This document shows positions 37,479-47,394 of a stretch of 63,317 bases of DNA, one piece after another (positions within the stretch are counted from its first letter, which is position 1; every line of letters starts with the position of its first letter). This DNA is from an uncultured Candidatus Saccharibacteria bacterium. Its GTDB lineage: Bacteria; Patescibacteriota; Saccharimonadia; Saccharimonadales; Saccharimonadaceae. The notes beneath the pieces were generated by a model. That model saw only the letters and a list, made by a program, of their open reading frames with translations. It made no database searches and was not told the origin of the DNA. The stretch is taken from contig CAUOLK010000001.1 in the NCBI GenBank assembly GCA_963456355.1, positions 1 through 63,317 of the forward strand. Reading direction: 5' to 3'. The translations under genes and the position numbers were made by a program.

Positions 37479-40400
37479 ATGACCGAATCCCAAATCGAAC
37501 AATATGCGCTTGATATCCTGGCTAGCCTTGGCTGGCAAATTTTGCATGGGCCGGATATTGGTCCGGATGGTGTTGCGGCTGAGCGTGAACTCAGGCAGGT
37601 GGTGTTGCCGGAGAGGTTGCGTAGTGTTTTAGCGCGGCTCAATCCGCACATTCCGGAATCAGCCTTGAAGGAGGCGATGCGGCGGTTAACGCAGATTAGC
37701 AAACCAAGCTTGATCGAGAATAATCACGATTTTCATCAATTGCTGGTAGCGGGCGTGCCGGTGCAATATCGCATGCCAAGTGGCGAAGTGAAACATGATA
37801 TCGTGCGGGTGGTTGATTTTAACTCGCCGGAGAATAATAACTTTGTGGCGGTCAATCAGCTGACGGTCTTGCAGGATAACCACAATCGTCGACCGGATAT
37901 AGTGCTATTTGTTAACGGCTTGCCACTGGTGCTGATTGAACTGAAGAATGCGGCTGACACCAGGGCTAATCTAGTAGCGGCCTATCAGCAAATTCAGACG
38001 TATATGTGTGAGATTAGCGATTTGTTCCGATTTAATGAACTATGTGTGACGAGTGATGGTCTATCGGCAGATATGGGGACGATTACTAGTCCGCTTGAAC
38101 GGATGATGCCATGGAAGACTGTTGACGGCGAAGAGGAAGTCGGTAATACCCCGGCGCTAGAGGTGTTGCTTCGTGGTGTTTGCCTGCCGGAGCGATTACT
38201 GGATATCGTGCGAAACTTCATAGTCTTTGAGCGCAGTGACGTCAGCAAGCTGATCAAGATAGCGGCCGCCTATCATCAGTACTGGGTGGTCAACAAAGCG
38301 TTTGATCGTACACTAGTTGCTAGCAGTAAAAGTGGCGATCAGCGAGCTGGAGTGGTCTGGCATACGCAAGGGTCGGGTAAGAGTCTGAGCATGGTGTTCT
38401 ATGTCGGTAGACTGATGAAATCAAATGAGCTTCATAATCCGACCGTGGTGGTCGTAACTGATCGCAACGATCTAGATGGTCAATTATTTAGTACGTTTAG
38501 CGCTTGTTCCGAGCTACTGGGCGAGGAGCCGAGACAGGCTGATTCACGGAGTGAGCTGAGAGAGCTCTTGAATCGAGAGGCAGGTGGGATTATCTTTACA
38601 ACCATTCAGAAGTTTTCACCGGAGGGCGATGAGGATGGTCTGCCGGTTCTGACCGATCGGCGTAACGTCATCGTGATAGCAGATGAGGCGCACCGTAGTC
38701 AATACGGTTTGAAAGCACACATTCGAGCGAGTGATGCTCAGCTGGTGTACGGCTATGCCAAATATATGCGTGACGCCTTGCCGGGTGCGAGCTATATTGG
38801 CTTTACGGGTACGCCGATTGAAATGGACGATAAGTCGACACCGGCGATGTTTGGTGACTATATTGATATTTATGATGTCGAGCGGGCGGTCAGAGATGGT
38901 GTGACGGTGCCAATATATTATGAGAGCCGATTAGTAAACTTAGACATGGATGAAACAATGAGACAGTGGCTGGACAAGGAGGTTGATGATTTATTGGAGG
39001 GCGAAGAGCTGAGCCGTCAAGGTGCTTTGAAAGCTGAGTATGCGCAAAAAGAGGCTATCGTCGGCAATAGTAAGAGATTGGATGTGATTGCCCTTGATAT
39101 AATTCAGCATTTTGAAAAACGACAAGGTGTACTGAGTGGTAAAGGTATGATCGTAACAATGAGTCGTGGTATAGCGGCCGATTTGTATCAGAGAGTTGTG
39201 GCGCATCGACCAGACTGGCATAGCGATGACGATATATTAGGCGTAATCAAAGTGATTATCACCGGTAGTGCGAGCGACCCCGAGCGTCTACAGCCACACA
39301 TTCGTAGCAAGCAAAGACTGAAAGTGATTGAGAAGCGCATTAAAGACTCCGAGGACTCGCTGAAGTTAGTAATCGTTTGCGACATGTGGCTAACTGGATT
39401 TGATGTGCCAAGTATGCACACTATGTATCTGGACAAACCGCTGAAAGGTCACAACTTGATGCAGGCGATCGCACGGGTCAACCGGGTTTCACCTGGTAAA
39501 ATTGGTGGTCTGGTTGTTGATTACTTGGGTGTAGCAAGGGCACTTCGAGACGCTCTGTCTAACTACACTCAGAGTGGCGGACGAGGTGCTCCGCAGCTTG
39601 ATATATCTGAAGCTGTGGCTCAGATGCGGGTGAAATATGAGGCAGTATGTGACTTATTCGGCAACTTTGATTACAAGCGATATTTTACGGCGTCTACTGA
39701 CGGGAAATTACAAATCATCCTGGATGCTGAAGAGTATATTTTAAGCCTGAGAGACGGTAAAAGACGATTGAGACAACAGATGGCAGAGCTTAACAAAGCT
39801 TTCGCACTCGTTGTGCCTAGACCTGAAGCATTAAAGATTCGTGAGGAAGTGGCGCTATTTCAGGCGGTGAAGGCCCGATTGGAAAAGGTGTCCGGTTCGT
39901 TAGCGATGTCTGATGTCGAATATCATACGGTGCTCAAGCAGATTGTTGATAAAGCAATTTCACCGATTGGTGTAGTGGATATATTTGAGGCGGCAGGACT
40001 TAAGAAACCAAAGTTGTCGATCTTGAGTGACGAGTTCTTTGCGGAGGTTCGCAGTATGGAACGCAAGAATTTGGCAGTTGAGGCTCTGCAAATGTTGCTA
40101 GTTGGTGAAATAAAGTCGCAGTTCTCACAAAATTACGTTAAGGAAACTAAGTTCTCTGAACTTCTTCATCAAGCACTGATGCGCTATAGAAGCGGTACTA
40201 TCGAAGCGGCGCAGATGATTGAAGAGTTGATTAGTATTGGTCGTCAAGTTCGTCGGACTGTCGAAGAGGAGCGTACTCGTGGCTTAAGCAAAGATGAAGC
40301 TGTTTTTTACGATGCACTTGCCGAGAATAGTGACGCTCGTGAGGTGCTTGGGGACGCACAATTGCGTAATGTTGCCAAAGCATTACTACAACAAGTACGT

Positions 40401-40610
40401 CGTGATGTGACGATTGATTGGACGGAGCGCAAGAATGTTCAAGCGAAGCTGAGGATAAATATTAAAAAGATCTTGATGAAATATGATTATCCCTCTGATC
40501 AACAGGCTTTAGCGACCGATATGGTACTTGAGCAAGCTAAGCGTTATGGCGGCGAATGGGGCTGTGAACGTGCTACTTATGACACTGGTGGAGCAAATAT
40601 CATAGATTGA
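37479..40610 (+). CDS. hsdR: Type I R-M restriction subunit
   Basis: RRPDIVLFVNGLPLVLIELK nuclease motif, HTQGSGKS, DEAHRSQYG and MQAIARVNR. Confidence 0.96.
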   Translation: MTESQIEQYALDILASLGWQILHGPDIGPDGVAAERELRQVVLPERLRSVLARLNPHIPESALKEAMRRLTQISKPSLIENNHDFHQLLVAGVPVQYRMPSGEVKHDIVRVVDFNSPENNNFVAVNQLTVLQDNHNRRPDIVLFVNGLPLVLIELKNAADTRANLVAAYQQIQTYMCEISDLFRFNELCVTSDGLSADMGTITSPLERMMPWKTVDGEEEVGNTPALEVLLRGVCLPERLLDIVRNFIVFERSDVSKLIKIAAAYHQYWVVNKAFDRTLVASSKSGDQRAGVVWHTQGSGKSLSMVFYVGRLMKSNELHNPTVVVVTDRNDLDGQLFSTFSACSELLGEEPRQADSRSELRELLNREAGGIIFTTIQKFSPEGDEDGLPVLTDRRNVIVIADEAHRSQYGLKAHIRASDAQLVYGYAKYMRDALPGASYIGFTGTPIEMDDKSTPAMFGDYIDIYDVERAVRDGVTVPIYYESRLVNLDMDETMRQWLDKEVDDLLEGEELSRQGALKAEYAQKEAIVGNSKRLDVIALDIIQHFEKRQGVLSGKGMIVTMSRGIAADLYQRVVAHRPDWHSDDDILGVIKVIITGSASDPERLQPHIRSKQRLKVIEKRIKDSEDSLKLVIVCDMWLTGFDVPSMHTMYLDKPLKGHNLMQAIARVNRVSPGKIGGLVVDYLGVARALRDALSNYTQSGGRGAPQLDISEAVAQMRVKYEAVCDLFGNFDYKRYFTASTDGKLQIILDAEEYILSLRDGKRRLRQQMAELNKAFALVVPRPEALKIREEVALFQAVKARLEKVSGSLAMSDVEYHTVLKQIVDKAISPIGVVDIFEAAGLKKPKLSILSDEFFAEVRSMERKNLAVEALQMLLVGEIKSQFSQNYVKETKFSELLHQALMRYRSGTIEAAQMIEELISIGRQVRRTVEEERTRGLSKDEAVFYDALAENSDAREVLGDAQLRNVAKALLQQVRRDVTIDWTERKNVQAKLRINIKKILMKYDYPSDQQALATDMVLEQAKRYGGEWGCERATYDTGGANIID

Positions 40611-40652
40611 TCATGTTGCACGTGCTTTATGAGTCGATAGGAAGATTATGAA

Positions 40653-40898
40653 ATGAAAATCTCCGCTAAGATCAAGCCTAATTCTCGCTACCGGGAGGAG
40701 GTGGTGGCAAATAATGATGGTTCGCTAACGGTGTACACCAAGGCGCCGGCCATTGAAGGGCGAGCTAATCTGGCGGCGGTCAAGCTGGTAGCGAAGTATT
40801 ATGGCGTAACGCCATCTCGGGTCAAGCTGGTGCGTGGTGCGGTATCAAGAAACAAAGTGTTTGAAATCGCAGATAAGAGCCCTGATTTACTTCGTTAG
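40653..40898 (+). CDS. DUF167/YggU family protein
   Basis: KIKPNS, APAIEGRAN and LVRG..SRNK. Confidence 0.85.
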   Translation: MKISAKIKPNSRYREEVVANNDGSLTVYTKAPAIEGRANLAAVKLVAKYYGVTPSRVKLVRGAVSRNKVFEIADKSPDLLR

Positions 40899-41057
40899 AC
40901 TTCTCGGCGAGATGGGGGTAACCGAAATTATGGGCTAACGGCTGATGGAGTGACGTAATACCGCAGACTAATATACTGGATGGGCCTCTCGGCTAACTTA
41001 TCGTGAAAAGATGTACATATATGCTCATTTTCACGCAGAGTGTGTTATAATGAATCT

Positions 41058-41927
41058 ATGATTAAGCAGGTCACAAAAGATAAGGTTGAGTTACTTCATC
41101 AGCAATATACCAGGTTGGCGAAAGGTAGGGAACGGGCTCTATATGAGATAGCTATGAGTGAGCTGCCAGACATGGTCTACAACTCCAACGCCATTGAGAA
41201 TTCAACCTTAACCTTGCAGGACACGGAGGCGATTATCATCCATGACAAGATTGTCAAGGATCATGAGATTCGAGAAATATATGAGGCGAAGAATCTCGCT
41301 CGAGTGACAACCGAGCTGATGAAGAACCCAAGTGAACGTATGTCAGTGGGTCTAATATTGTCTTTACATTCGCTCTTGATGAATGGTATCTGCGACGATA
41401 TTGCCGGGCGATTTAGGTCTGGCGATGAGTTGGTACGTGTCGGTACGCACCTAGGAGCGAACCCGGCGTTCGTGTCCGGTCTCGTCTCCGAGCTCGTCAC
41501 TTCGTACTATGACGATAGCTCATATTTTCTGGATAAAATTGCTTATTTTCACGCAGAGTTTGAGACGATTCATCCTTTCTCTGATGGCAACGGGCGAATG
41601 GGTCGTGTCCTTATCAACCACCAGCTGGCATTGGCGGGCTATCCACCAATCATTATCCGGAATAAGAGTAAGCACACTGATTACAACCCACTGTTTGATG
41701 AATATATAAGGACCAATCAATGTGACGGGTTTGTTGAGCTGTTTGCCTTGCTTCTAATGGAGTCTCTACATAAGCGTATAGCACTATTATCATCACCGAA
41801 GATAATCAAGCTAGCTGAATGGGCAAGGCAGAATGGTATTGCCGGCAATGTCGCCGCCAATAAAGCTGCTCGTCAGACCATACCGGCCTTTCGTAGGGGT
41901 GGCACCTGGATGATCGGCAGTGACTAA
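41058..41927 (+). CDS. Fic-family protein with a C-terminal HTH-like domain
   Basis: YNSNAIENS and the canonical HPFSDGNGRMGR motif. Start 6 nt after TATAAT. Confidence 0.9.
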   Translation: MIKQVTKDKVELLHQQYTRLAKGRERALYEIAMSELPDMVYNSNAIENSTLTLQDTEAIIIHDKIVKDHEIREIYEAKNLARVTTELMKNPSERMSVGLILSLHSLLMNGICDDIAGRFRSGDELVRVGTHLGANPAFVSGLVSELVTSYYDDSSYFLDKIAYFHAEFETIHPFSDGNGRMGRVLINHQLALAGYPPIIIRNKSKHTDYNPLFDEYIRTNQCDGFVELFALLLMESLHKRIALLSSPKIIKLAEWARQNGIAGNVAANKAARQTIPAFRRGGTWMIGSD

Positions 41928-42062
41928 CGTGCAAGAGATGGCTCTTCTGACGGTATTTGATTAATTAGCTGCGCTTATTATACTAAAAAGATAAGGAGAG
42001 ATTTTTGTGGGTGGTTGGGGGCGTTGGGAGATGCTTTAGATAAATTAATAAGGGGGTGCTGA

Positions 42063-42845
42063 ATGCAAGGAATAATTGATCTGTATTTGCGCAACAAGAA
42101 TCTCATCGAAATGTTGAAAGACGTTGGGGTAATTGTCGGTGCGTGGAGATTCATAAAATATGTTGCGCATAAGCGAATGAATGATAAATGGAGCGAGATG
42201 CAGAATGATCTTGCAGTATATAAGGGGGTGGGGGATAAGCTGAAGGAGTATGTCGATGGTCTCGGTGCAACTGCTTCGCCTAGGCTACATGATATATACG
42301 TGTGTCTAATGTATATTGGTAACTATCCATACGATATAAATGATGATGGATATCGTCTGAGCTTATTTTATAGGTTGTCAAGATCTCCGGCCTCTAACGG
42401 GAAACATATTCCGCTGGGTTATATCTCTGGGAAAGGACTATATGTGTATTCTTTATCTAATATTTACTACAATCAAAAGAACGGTAGATGGTTCTGCCGT
42501 AGCCATTCCGGCAGAATGCGTAAGGGGTATGAAAAATTAGATGATTATCTCTTGGTAATGCGCATACCATTTACAAATATATTGGGATACGATTTTGATT
42601 CAGATATATCCGTTAACGGCGAGCCGGTTGTCTACACTAGATATAGATCGTCATGTTTGCGGCTATATGCAGACGATGTTAGGTTTGTGAAGCTAGATGA
42701 TAATGGGCGACGAGTGGATTCTATAGAGTCAAAAAAGAGCAAGAGAGCTGGAAAGATTCGTGATCGAATTAAGGAGATCGAGATTCTGTTGAAGTCAAAG
42801 TTAAAAAGACTAGTTCGTGCGCTCGGTTTGCAGTTCAATTGCTAG
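42063..42845 (+). CDS. Hypothetical protein (AT-rich)
   Basis: 260-aa ORF with a GGGGG RBS-like run upstream and no recognised motif. Confidence 0.6.
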   Translation: MQGIIDLYLRNKNLIEMLKDVGVIVGAWRFIKYVAHKRMNDKWSEMQNDLAVYKGVGDKLKEYVDGLGATASPRLHDIYVCLMYIGNYPYDINDDGYRLSLFYRLSRSPASNGKHIPLGYISGKGLYVYSLSNIYYNQKNGRWFCRSHSGRMRKGYEKLDDYLLVMRIPFTNILGYDFDSDISVNGEPVVYTRYRSSCLRLYADDVRFVKLDDNGRRVDSIESKKSKRAGKIRDRIKEIEILLKSKLKRLVRALGLQFNC

Positions 42846-42968
42846 TGGTGTGTAATGATTGTTATGAATCTATGTCGACCAAATATTTAGTTTAAAAAGT
42901 GCGTCAATATAAACGGAAAGGTGCACCGTGCTAACTCTCCAAATTTATTATGGAGCTGGTCGGCATCA

Positions 42969-43424
42969 TCAGCCTTTCTTATCTGCGGCGGCGAATAGTC
43001 CGGTCAAGACGGCGTGGTCGAGAGTGATATCTTTGATCGCTTTCTTTAGTCGCCTCGGTGTTGTATCGGTGGGTAAATCCAGCCGGTCGGTCAAAGCGTA
43101 GAGATGAAATTGGTAACGATGAGTGCCGAAGGGTGGCTGTGGTCCATTCCAGCCGGGCTCGCCCCAACTGGTGACGCCTTCGACTACTTGGTCCGGTAAG
43201 GTGTCGCTATTTATCTGAGTGGTGTCGGGTGGGATATTCCAAACCGTCCAGTGGTAAAAACCACCGAGAAGTGGTGCATCCGGGTCGTGGCAGATGATGA
43301 CCAGACTCTTGGCTGTGGAAGGGGTGTCGGATATCACTAGAGGCGGGCGAATATTGCCCCTCAGGTGAGAGTATTCTACCGGTATTTTGGTGTCGTTATT
43401 AAAGGCTGGGCTAGTTATCTTCAT
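42969..43424 (-). CDS. YbhB/YbcL (PEBP/RKIP-like) protein
   Basis: MKITSPAF, HDPDAP..G.FYHW and GPQPP.GTHRY.F.LYAL. Confidence 0.92.
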   Translation of the reverse strand: MKITSPAFNNDTKIPVEYSHLRGNIRPPLVISDTPSTAKSLVIICHDPDAPLLGGFYHWTVWNIPPDTTQINSDTLPDQVVEGVTSWGEPGWNGPQPPFGTHRYQFHLYALTDRLDLPTDTTPRRLKKAIKDITLDHAVLTGLFAAADKKG

Positions 43425-43443
43425 AGGGCTATTATACATGATC

Positions 43444-43477
43444 ACTATGAGCTAATGTTAAATCATTAGCCCATAGT
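43444..43477 (-). terminator. Hairpin downstream of the ABC permease
   Basis: ACTATGAGCTAATG...CATTAGCCCATAGT inverted repeat. Confidence 0.55.
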
Positions 43478-43495
43478 ACGACTGTGTCGTCTCAC

Positions 43496-45685
43496 CTACT
43501 CTGTCTGGTTGGCGTCAGCTCGGGTAAGTTGATCCACCATGGGCAGGAGCAGATAGGTACCGATGATGGCGACAAGTAGACCTCCGCCAACGATACCGAA
43601 ATAGGTCGGGGTCAAGGTGGGGTGAAGTGTGGTCGAGTATATCCCGATGAAGACCGAGCCCGTCCAGACGCCGATGATGCAGGAGACGATCGAGGTCAGT
43701 AGAAGTGGGGTGACAGATTCGATCATGATCAGACGCTTCAGCTGGACTAACCTCATACCACTCAGGCGCAAGGTATAGAGCGAGCGTCGTCGCTCAATCA
43801 ATCCGCCAATGGTCGAGACGATCAGGCTGGCAATGGCGACGAACAATGTTACACCGATGCCGGCGTAAGCGAGGCCGGCCAGCGACTTAATGGTCGGGTT
43901 GATGTGGGGCTGTTTGGATATGTGCCCACTAGTGATGTAGCTGGTATCATCACCGTCGGTACCGGTATTAGCCACTACGAAAGTACGCAACTCCTCGATA
44001 TGATCCTGTGCAGTAATGGTGGCTAGGTATTGTTTAGTCTTAGTGGTGTCAACACTCTTTGCCAGGGGTACTTGCTTGACCACCGGCTTCATGAAGTTGA
44101 TCGAGGCGAATTGGTCGGGCTTGGCGCCTGCCGGACATGTCTTGTCGGTATACTTTGCCAGGTCTCGGCAACGAACAGCATCGGTACCCGCCTCATCCTC
44201 GAGTGAGTAGAAGGTGGCGACAGACGATATGTAAGGTAGCTTGGCGAGTCGCCCGGCGAATTGGTCGGGCAGGGCTCCGCTAGAGATTATCACGGTGTTA
44301 TCTCTCAGCTGAGAGTAGCCGTTATCTTTGATGGTCTGGAAGCTCAGCCTCTCCATTCCGCTGACGGAAGTCAGGTAAAAGCTTCCGGCGAAGAGGGCTA
44401 GGACTACGCCACAGACGCTACGAAAGATAGCTCTGGAGTGTACCGCTGTGCGCTTACCGGCGATCAGGACGGAGGCGTTGTCTGACAAGCGGACGCAGAG
44501 CAGAGCGATCTTATTGGTTAACCAGCTACCGGATAGGACTAAGCCAAGCATGATCGTTAAGAAAGCTCCGACGAAGACTAGCGAAGATGCTGCGCCGGAA
44601 CTATCCTTTCTGATCCACTGTCGACCATCTTTGGTCGACAGCCAAGCGAATAAGCCAAGACCGATTGCCAGGATGATCACTCGCCAGATACGTAGCTTCT
44701 TAACCTTCTCCAGGGTGTGCGATACGCCCAAGGGCGAGATCTGAGCTCGGCGCATCCGTCGCCAATTAATGAAAGCAGTCAAGCCTAAGGTCAGAGCGAC
44801 GATAACAAAGTACTGTAAGACGCTCGGCTGCATGTCGCTCGGCCACATTCGTTCGCCATCGATACGGAAGTTGAGTAGCGGCGCTTGGAGCGACCAGAAG
44901 CCGATGAATCCGATCGCAATACCGACAGCCGAAGCCAATAGTGACTCCAGGATTAGGACACGATTAACTTGTCGCTTAGTAGCGCCGATCAGACGCAGGG
45001 CGGCGTAGCGCTTTTCTCGCTGAGTAGCGCCTAGTTGAGTGGCTACCGAGACGAAGACGATGATGGGGAAGAGTAAGATCGCTCCACCGACGCTGAGGAC
45101 GACGATTGAGGCGGCGTCGTAGGATGTGCCATTGTCATCAAATCCACTGCGATATATCTTGCTGTAGCGCTCCTCGTGCTCTTTGACTTCTTTGGCATCG
45201 ACTCCGCTAATTATCAATAGGGAGTCAGGTGTGGTCAGGTATTTCTCAGGTACGGTGCCGAGATATTTATTAAATCGCCCAAAACGAGCCAAGATATCGT
45301 CAGTCGGGTGTTCATCGATGACCTTTTTAAGAGCTGGAGATAGGTAGTATTCTCCCGGTTGCATCACTTTTAGCTCGGGGAACTTGAATGTCTCGGCAGT
45401 ACTGTATATCTTGAGTTGTTCGATTGATCGACCGTGCCAGTCGGTGATATTACCTCGGTAGGGGCGGTTAATTCTGGCCGGTTTGACGCCGGGTATCGGC
45501 TCTTGTTTTACTCCCACTAGCCTTGATAAATGGTTAGTGCGGTGACCAAGACCGAGGAGTCCATTGACTCCTGCGGTGAAATAGCTGATCAGCATCACGC
45601 CGATGGCGATAGCCATGGCGGTTAGCCCGAGTCGGGCAAAGGACTGCCGCCCTGACTTCTTGAGTAAGGTCCAGCTGATACTCAT
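43496..45685 (-). CDS. FtsX/MacB-like ABC permease
   Basis: Two FtsX repeats (REKRYAALRLIGAT; ERRRSLYTLRLSGM). Confidence 0.88.
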   Translation of the reverse strand: MSISWTLLKKSGRQSFARLGLTAMAIAIGVMLISYFTAGVNGLLGLGHRTNHLSRLVGVKQEPIPGVKPARINRPYRGNITDWHGRSIEQLKIYSTAETFKFPELKVMQPGEYYLSPALKKVIDEHPTDDILARFGRFNKYLGTVPEKYLTTPDSLLIISGVDAKEVKEHEERYSKIYRSGFDDNGTSYDAASIVVLSVGGAILLFPIIVFVSVATQLGATQREKRYAALRLIGATKRQVNRVLILESLLASAVGIAIGFIGFWSLQAPLLNFRIDGERMWPSDMQPSVLQYFVIVALTLGLTAFINWRRMRRAQISPLGVSHTLEKVKKLRIWRVIILAIGLGLFAWLSTKDGRQWIRKDSSGAASSLVFVGAFLTIMLGLVLSGSWLTNKIALLCVRLSDNASVLIAGKRTAVHSRAIFRSVCGVVLALFAGSFYLTSVSGMERLSFQTIKDNGYSQLRDNTVIISSGALPDQFAGRLAKLPYISSVATFYSLEDEAGTDAVRCRDLAKYTDKTCPAGAKPDQFASINFMKPVVKQVPLAKSVDTTKTKQYLATITAQDHIEELRTFVVANTGTDGDDTSYITSGHISKQPHINPTIKSLAGLAYAGIGVTLFVAIASLIVSTIGGLIERRRSLYTLRLSGMRLVQLKRLIMIESVTPLLLTSIVSCIIGVWTGSVFIGIYSTTLHPTLTPTYFGIVGGGLLVAIIGTYLLLPMVDQLTRADANQTE

Positions 45686-46401
45686 TTCCTGTCTCCGATC
45701 TGAATGTGGCTGATGGAGTGAGCGTCACCCGGCAGGGCGCCGGAGATTTGTCCATCACGGACGGTCACTTCTCTATCGGCATAGGCGGCAATAGTCGGCT
45801 CGTGAGTGACCATCACTACCGTGGTGCCGTGTGAGCGAGCAGCACTGATGAATAGCTCCATGACCTTCTCTGAATTGAGCGAGTCAAGCGAGCCGGTTGG
45901 CTCATCGGCGAAGAGCACCTTGGGGCTAATCACCATAGCCCTAGCTACGGCGATGCGTTGCATCTGTCCACCCGAGAGTTCGCCGAGCATATTATTGCTT
46001 TTGCCACCCAGCTCGACTCGGTTGAGCCATTTCTGAGCCCGTTCATAAGCCTCTCTGCGTTTGACACCGTTAAGCAGCAGTGGTAGGGCGATGTTGTCGA
46101 GTGAGGTTAGCTCCGGTACGAGCTGACCAAACTGAAAGATGAAGCCAAAGTTAGTGCGACGTAGCTTGCTTCTCCTGTCGTCGCTCAGCTTGTCGATACG
46201 TTTGCCGTCAAAAAAGACTTCGCCACTATCTATCTTGGTGATGGCGGCTAGGCTATGTAGTAAAGTTGATTTGCCTGAGCCGCTCGGACCCATGATAGCG
46301 AGTATTTCGCCGGGCTGAATATCTAGGCTGATGCCACGCAAGGCGTGTGTCTGTCCAAACGACTTCTTGATATTCTTGGCACTAATGATCGGATCGTCCA
46401 T
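45682..46401 (-). CDS. LolD/MacB-like ABC ATP-binding protein
   Basis: GPSGSGKS, LSGGQMQR and FADEPTGSLD. Confidence 0.94.
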   Translation of the reverse strand: MDDPIISAKNIKKSFGQTHALRGISLDIQPGEILAIMGPSGSGKSTLLHSLAAITKIDSGEVFFDGKRIDKLSDDRRSKLRRTNFGFIFQFGQLVPELTSLDNIALPLLLNGVKRREAYERAQKWLNRVELGGKSNNMLGELSGGQMQRIAVARAMVISPKVLFADEPTGSLDSLNSEKVMELFISAARSHGTTVVMVTHEPTIAAYADREVTVRDGQISGALPGDAHSISHIQIGDRK

Positions 46402-46930
46402 GTGATAGTTCCTCCTTTAATTTTGTTAGACGTGAGATTGTTAGCTCAATCCAGCGCAAGTCTGCCTCCAGGTGGTAGAGAGCATGATCTATCAGAAGCA
46501 TGTCAGACAGGTTGCTATTGCGCCGTTCGTCGGTCAGCGATCGCATCTTCTGAATGTGAGCACGACGTTGGTTGTCCAGGTATGGAGCGGCGTCACCGTC
46601 CATTAATATAGCGAGAACCGTCTTGACGTACATAGTCGCCTGAAGCTGGGGCACCGGCTCTTCCGGTGAGGCTAACCACCTCTTTAGTTGCTCTTTGCCC
46701 AGGTCAGTTATCTCGTAGCGAATGCGGTCGGGGCCGCTAGAACCGGAATTACTGGTGTCAGATACCTCCTTTATCTTATTATCTCTTTTTAATCTAGCTA
46801 GTGACGAATAGATTTGCCCGGGTAATATGGGCTTATCTTTGCCAAAGTAGCTATCGTACTTTTTCTTTAGCTCGTAGCCGTAGTTTGACTCATCGGCGAG
46901 GAAGCTAAGTAGAACATATTGTGCGTTCAT
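46382..46930 (-). CDS. PadR-family transcriptional regulator
   Basis: YGYELKK, GQIYSSLARL, PDRIRYEITD.G...L..WL. Start taken at the ATG at 46930. Confidence 0.9.
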   Translation of the reverse strand: MNAQYVLLSFLADESNYGYELKKKYDSYFGKDKPILPGQIYSSLARLKRDNKIKEVSDTSNSGSSGPDRIRYEITDLGKEQLKRWLASPEEPVPQLQATMYVKTVLAILMDGDAAPYLDNQRRAHIQKMRSLTDERRNSNLSDMLLIDHALYHLEADLRWIELTISRLTKLKEELSHGRSDH

Positions 46931-46938
46931 AATGCGAG

Positions 46939-47021
46939 TATACACCGAGTGCATAGCCATGGCAATAGCCATAGTCACTTAGTGTATAGATTGGCACTCC
47001 CGGCTATGTACGCGGTGTATA
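46939..47021. promoter_or_regulatory. Three imperfect TATACAC-N3-GTGTATA palindromes (putative PadR operators)
   Basis: Copies start at 46939, 46972 and 47005, an exact 33-bp period. The first overlaps the padR -10 box. Confidence 0.65.
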
Positions 47022-47125
47022 TGGCTATCTGAGGCTCTTCGACGATCGGAGCGTCTGCCTTTTGAGATGTCGCCCGGTCCCAGAAGGTACTATTGACAAA
47101 ATAGGTTAAAAAGGGAGGGGTATGT

Positions 47126-47155
47126 GCAATCTATTTACTATAGTAAATAGATTGC
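47126..47155. repeat. Perfect 30-bp palindrome
   Basis: GCAATCTATTTACTA|TAGTAAATAGATTGC. Confidence 0.9.
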
Positions 47156-47232
47156 GTAAAGCGATGGTGATGGTAATAGGATTACGAGAATGATGTGCTA
47201 TAATCTAGCTAGGTTTCCATGGCAAGCCATAT

Positions 47233-47317
47233 GCGGATGTGGTGGAATTGGTAGACACGCATGCCTTAGGAGCATGTGCCTCACGGCGTGAAGGTTCAAG
47301 TCCTTTCATCCGCACCA
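47233..47317 (+). tRNA. tRNA-Leu (TAG)
   Basis: GCGGATG/CATCCGC acceptor stem, anticodon arm CATGC-CTTAGGA-GCATG, long variable arm, GGTTCAAGTCC and encoded CCA. Confidence 0.96.
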
Positions 47318-47394
47318 AAGATATTATTTTTCGTTACACCTGTTACCGAGTCGGCTTCGGAATAGAGGGATGATTTGTGTGCTATACTCTTAGC

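Larger units (their letters stand above)
28439..40610 (+). other. Defence island: type I R-M system with AT-rich inserted cargo genes
   Basis: hsdM, hsdS and hsdR bracket seven accessory genes or remnants. Sequence is visibly more AT-rich from about 30.2 to 37.5 kb. Confidence 0.8.
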
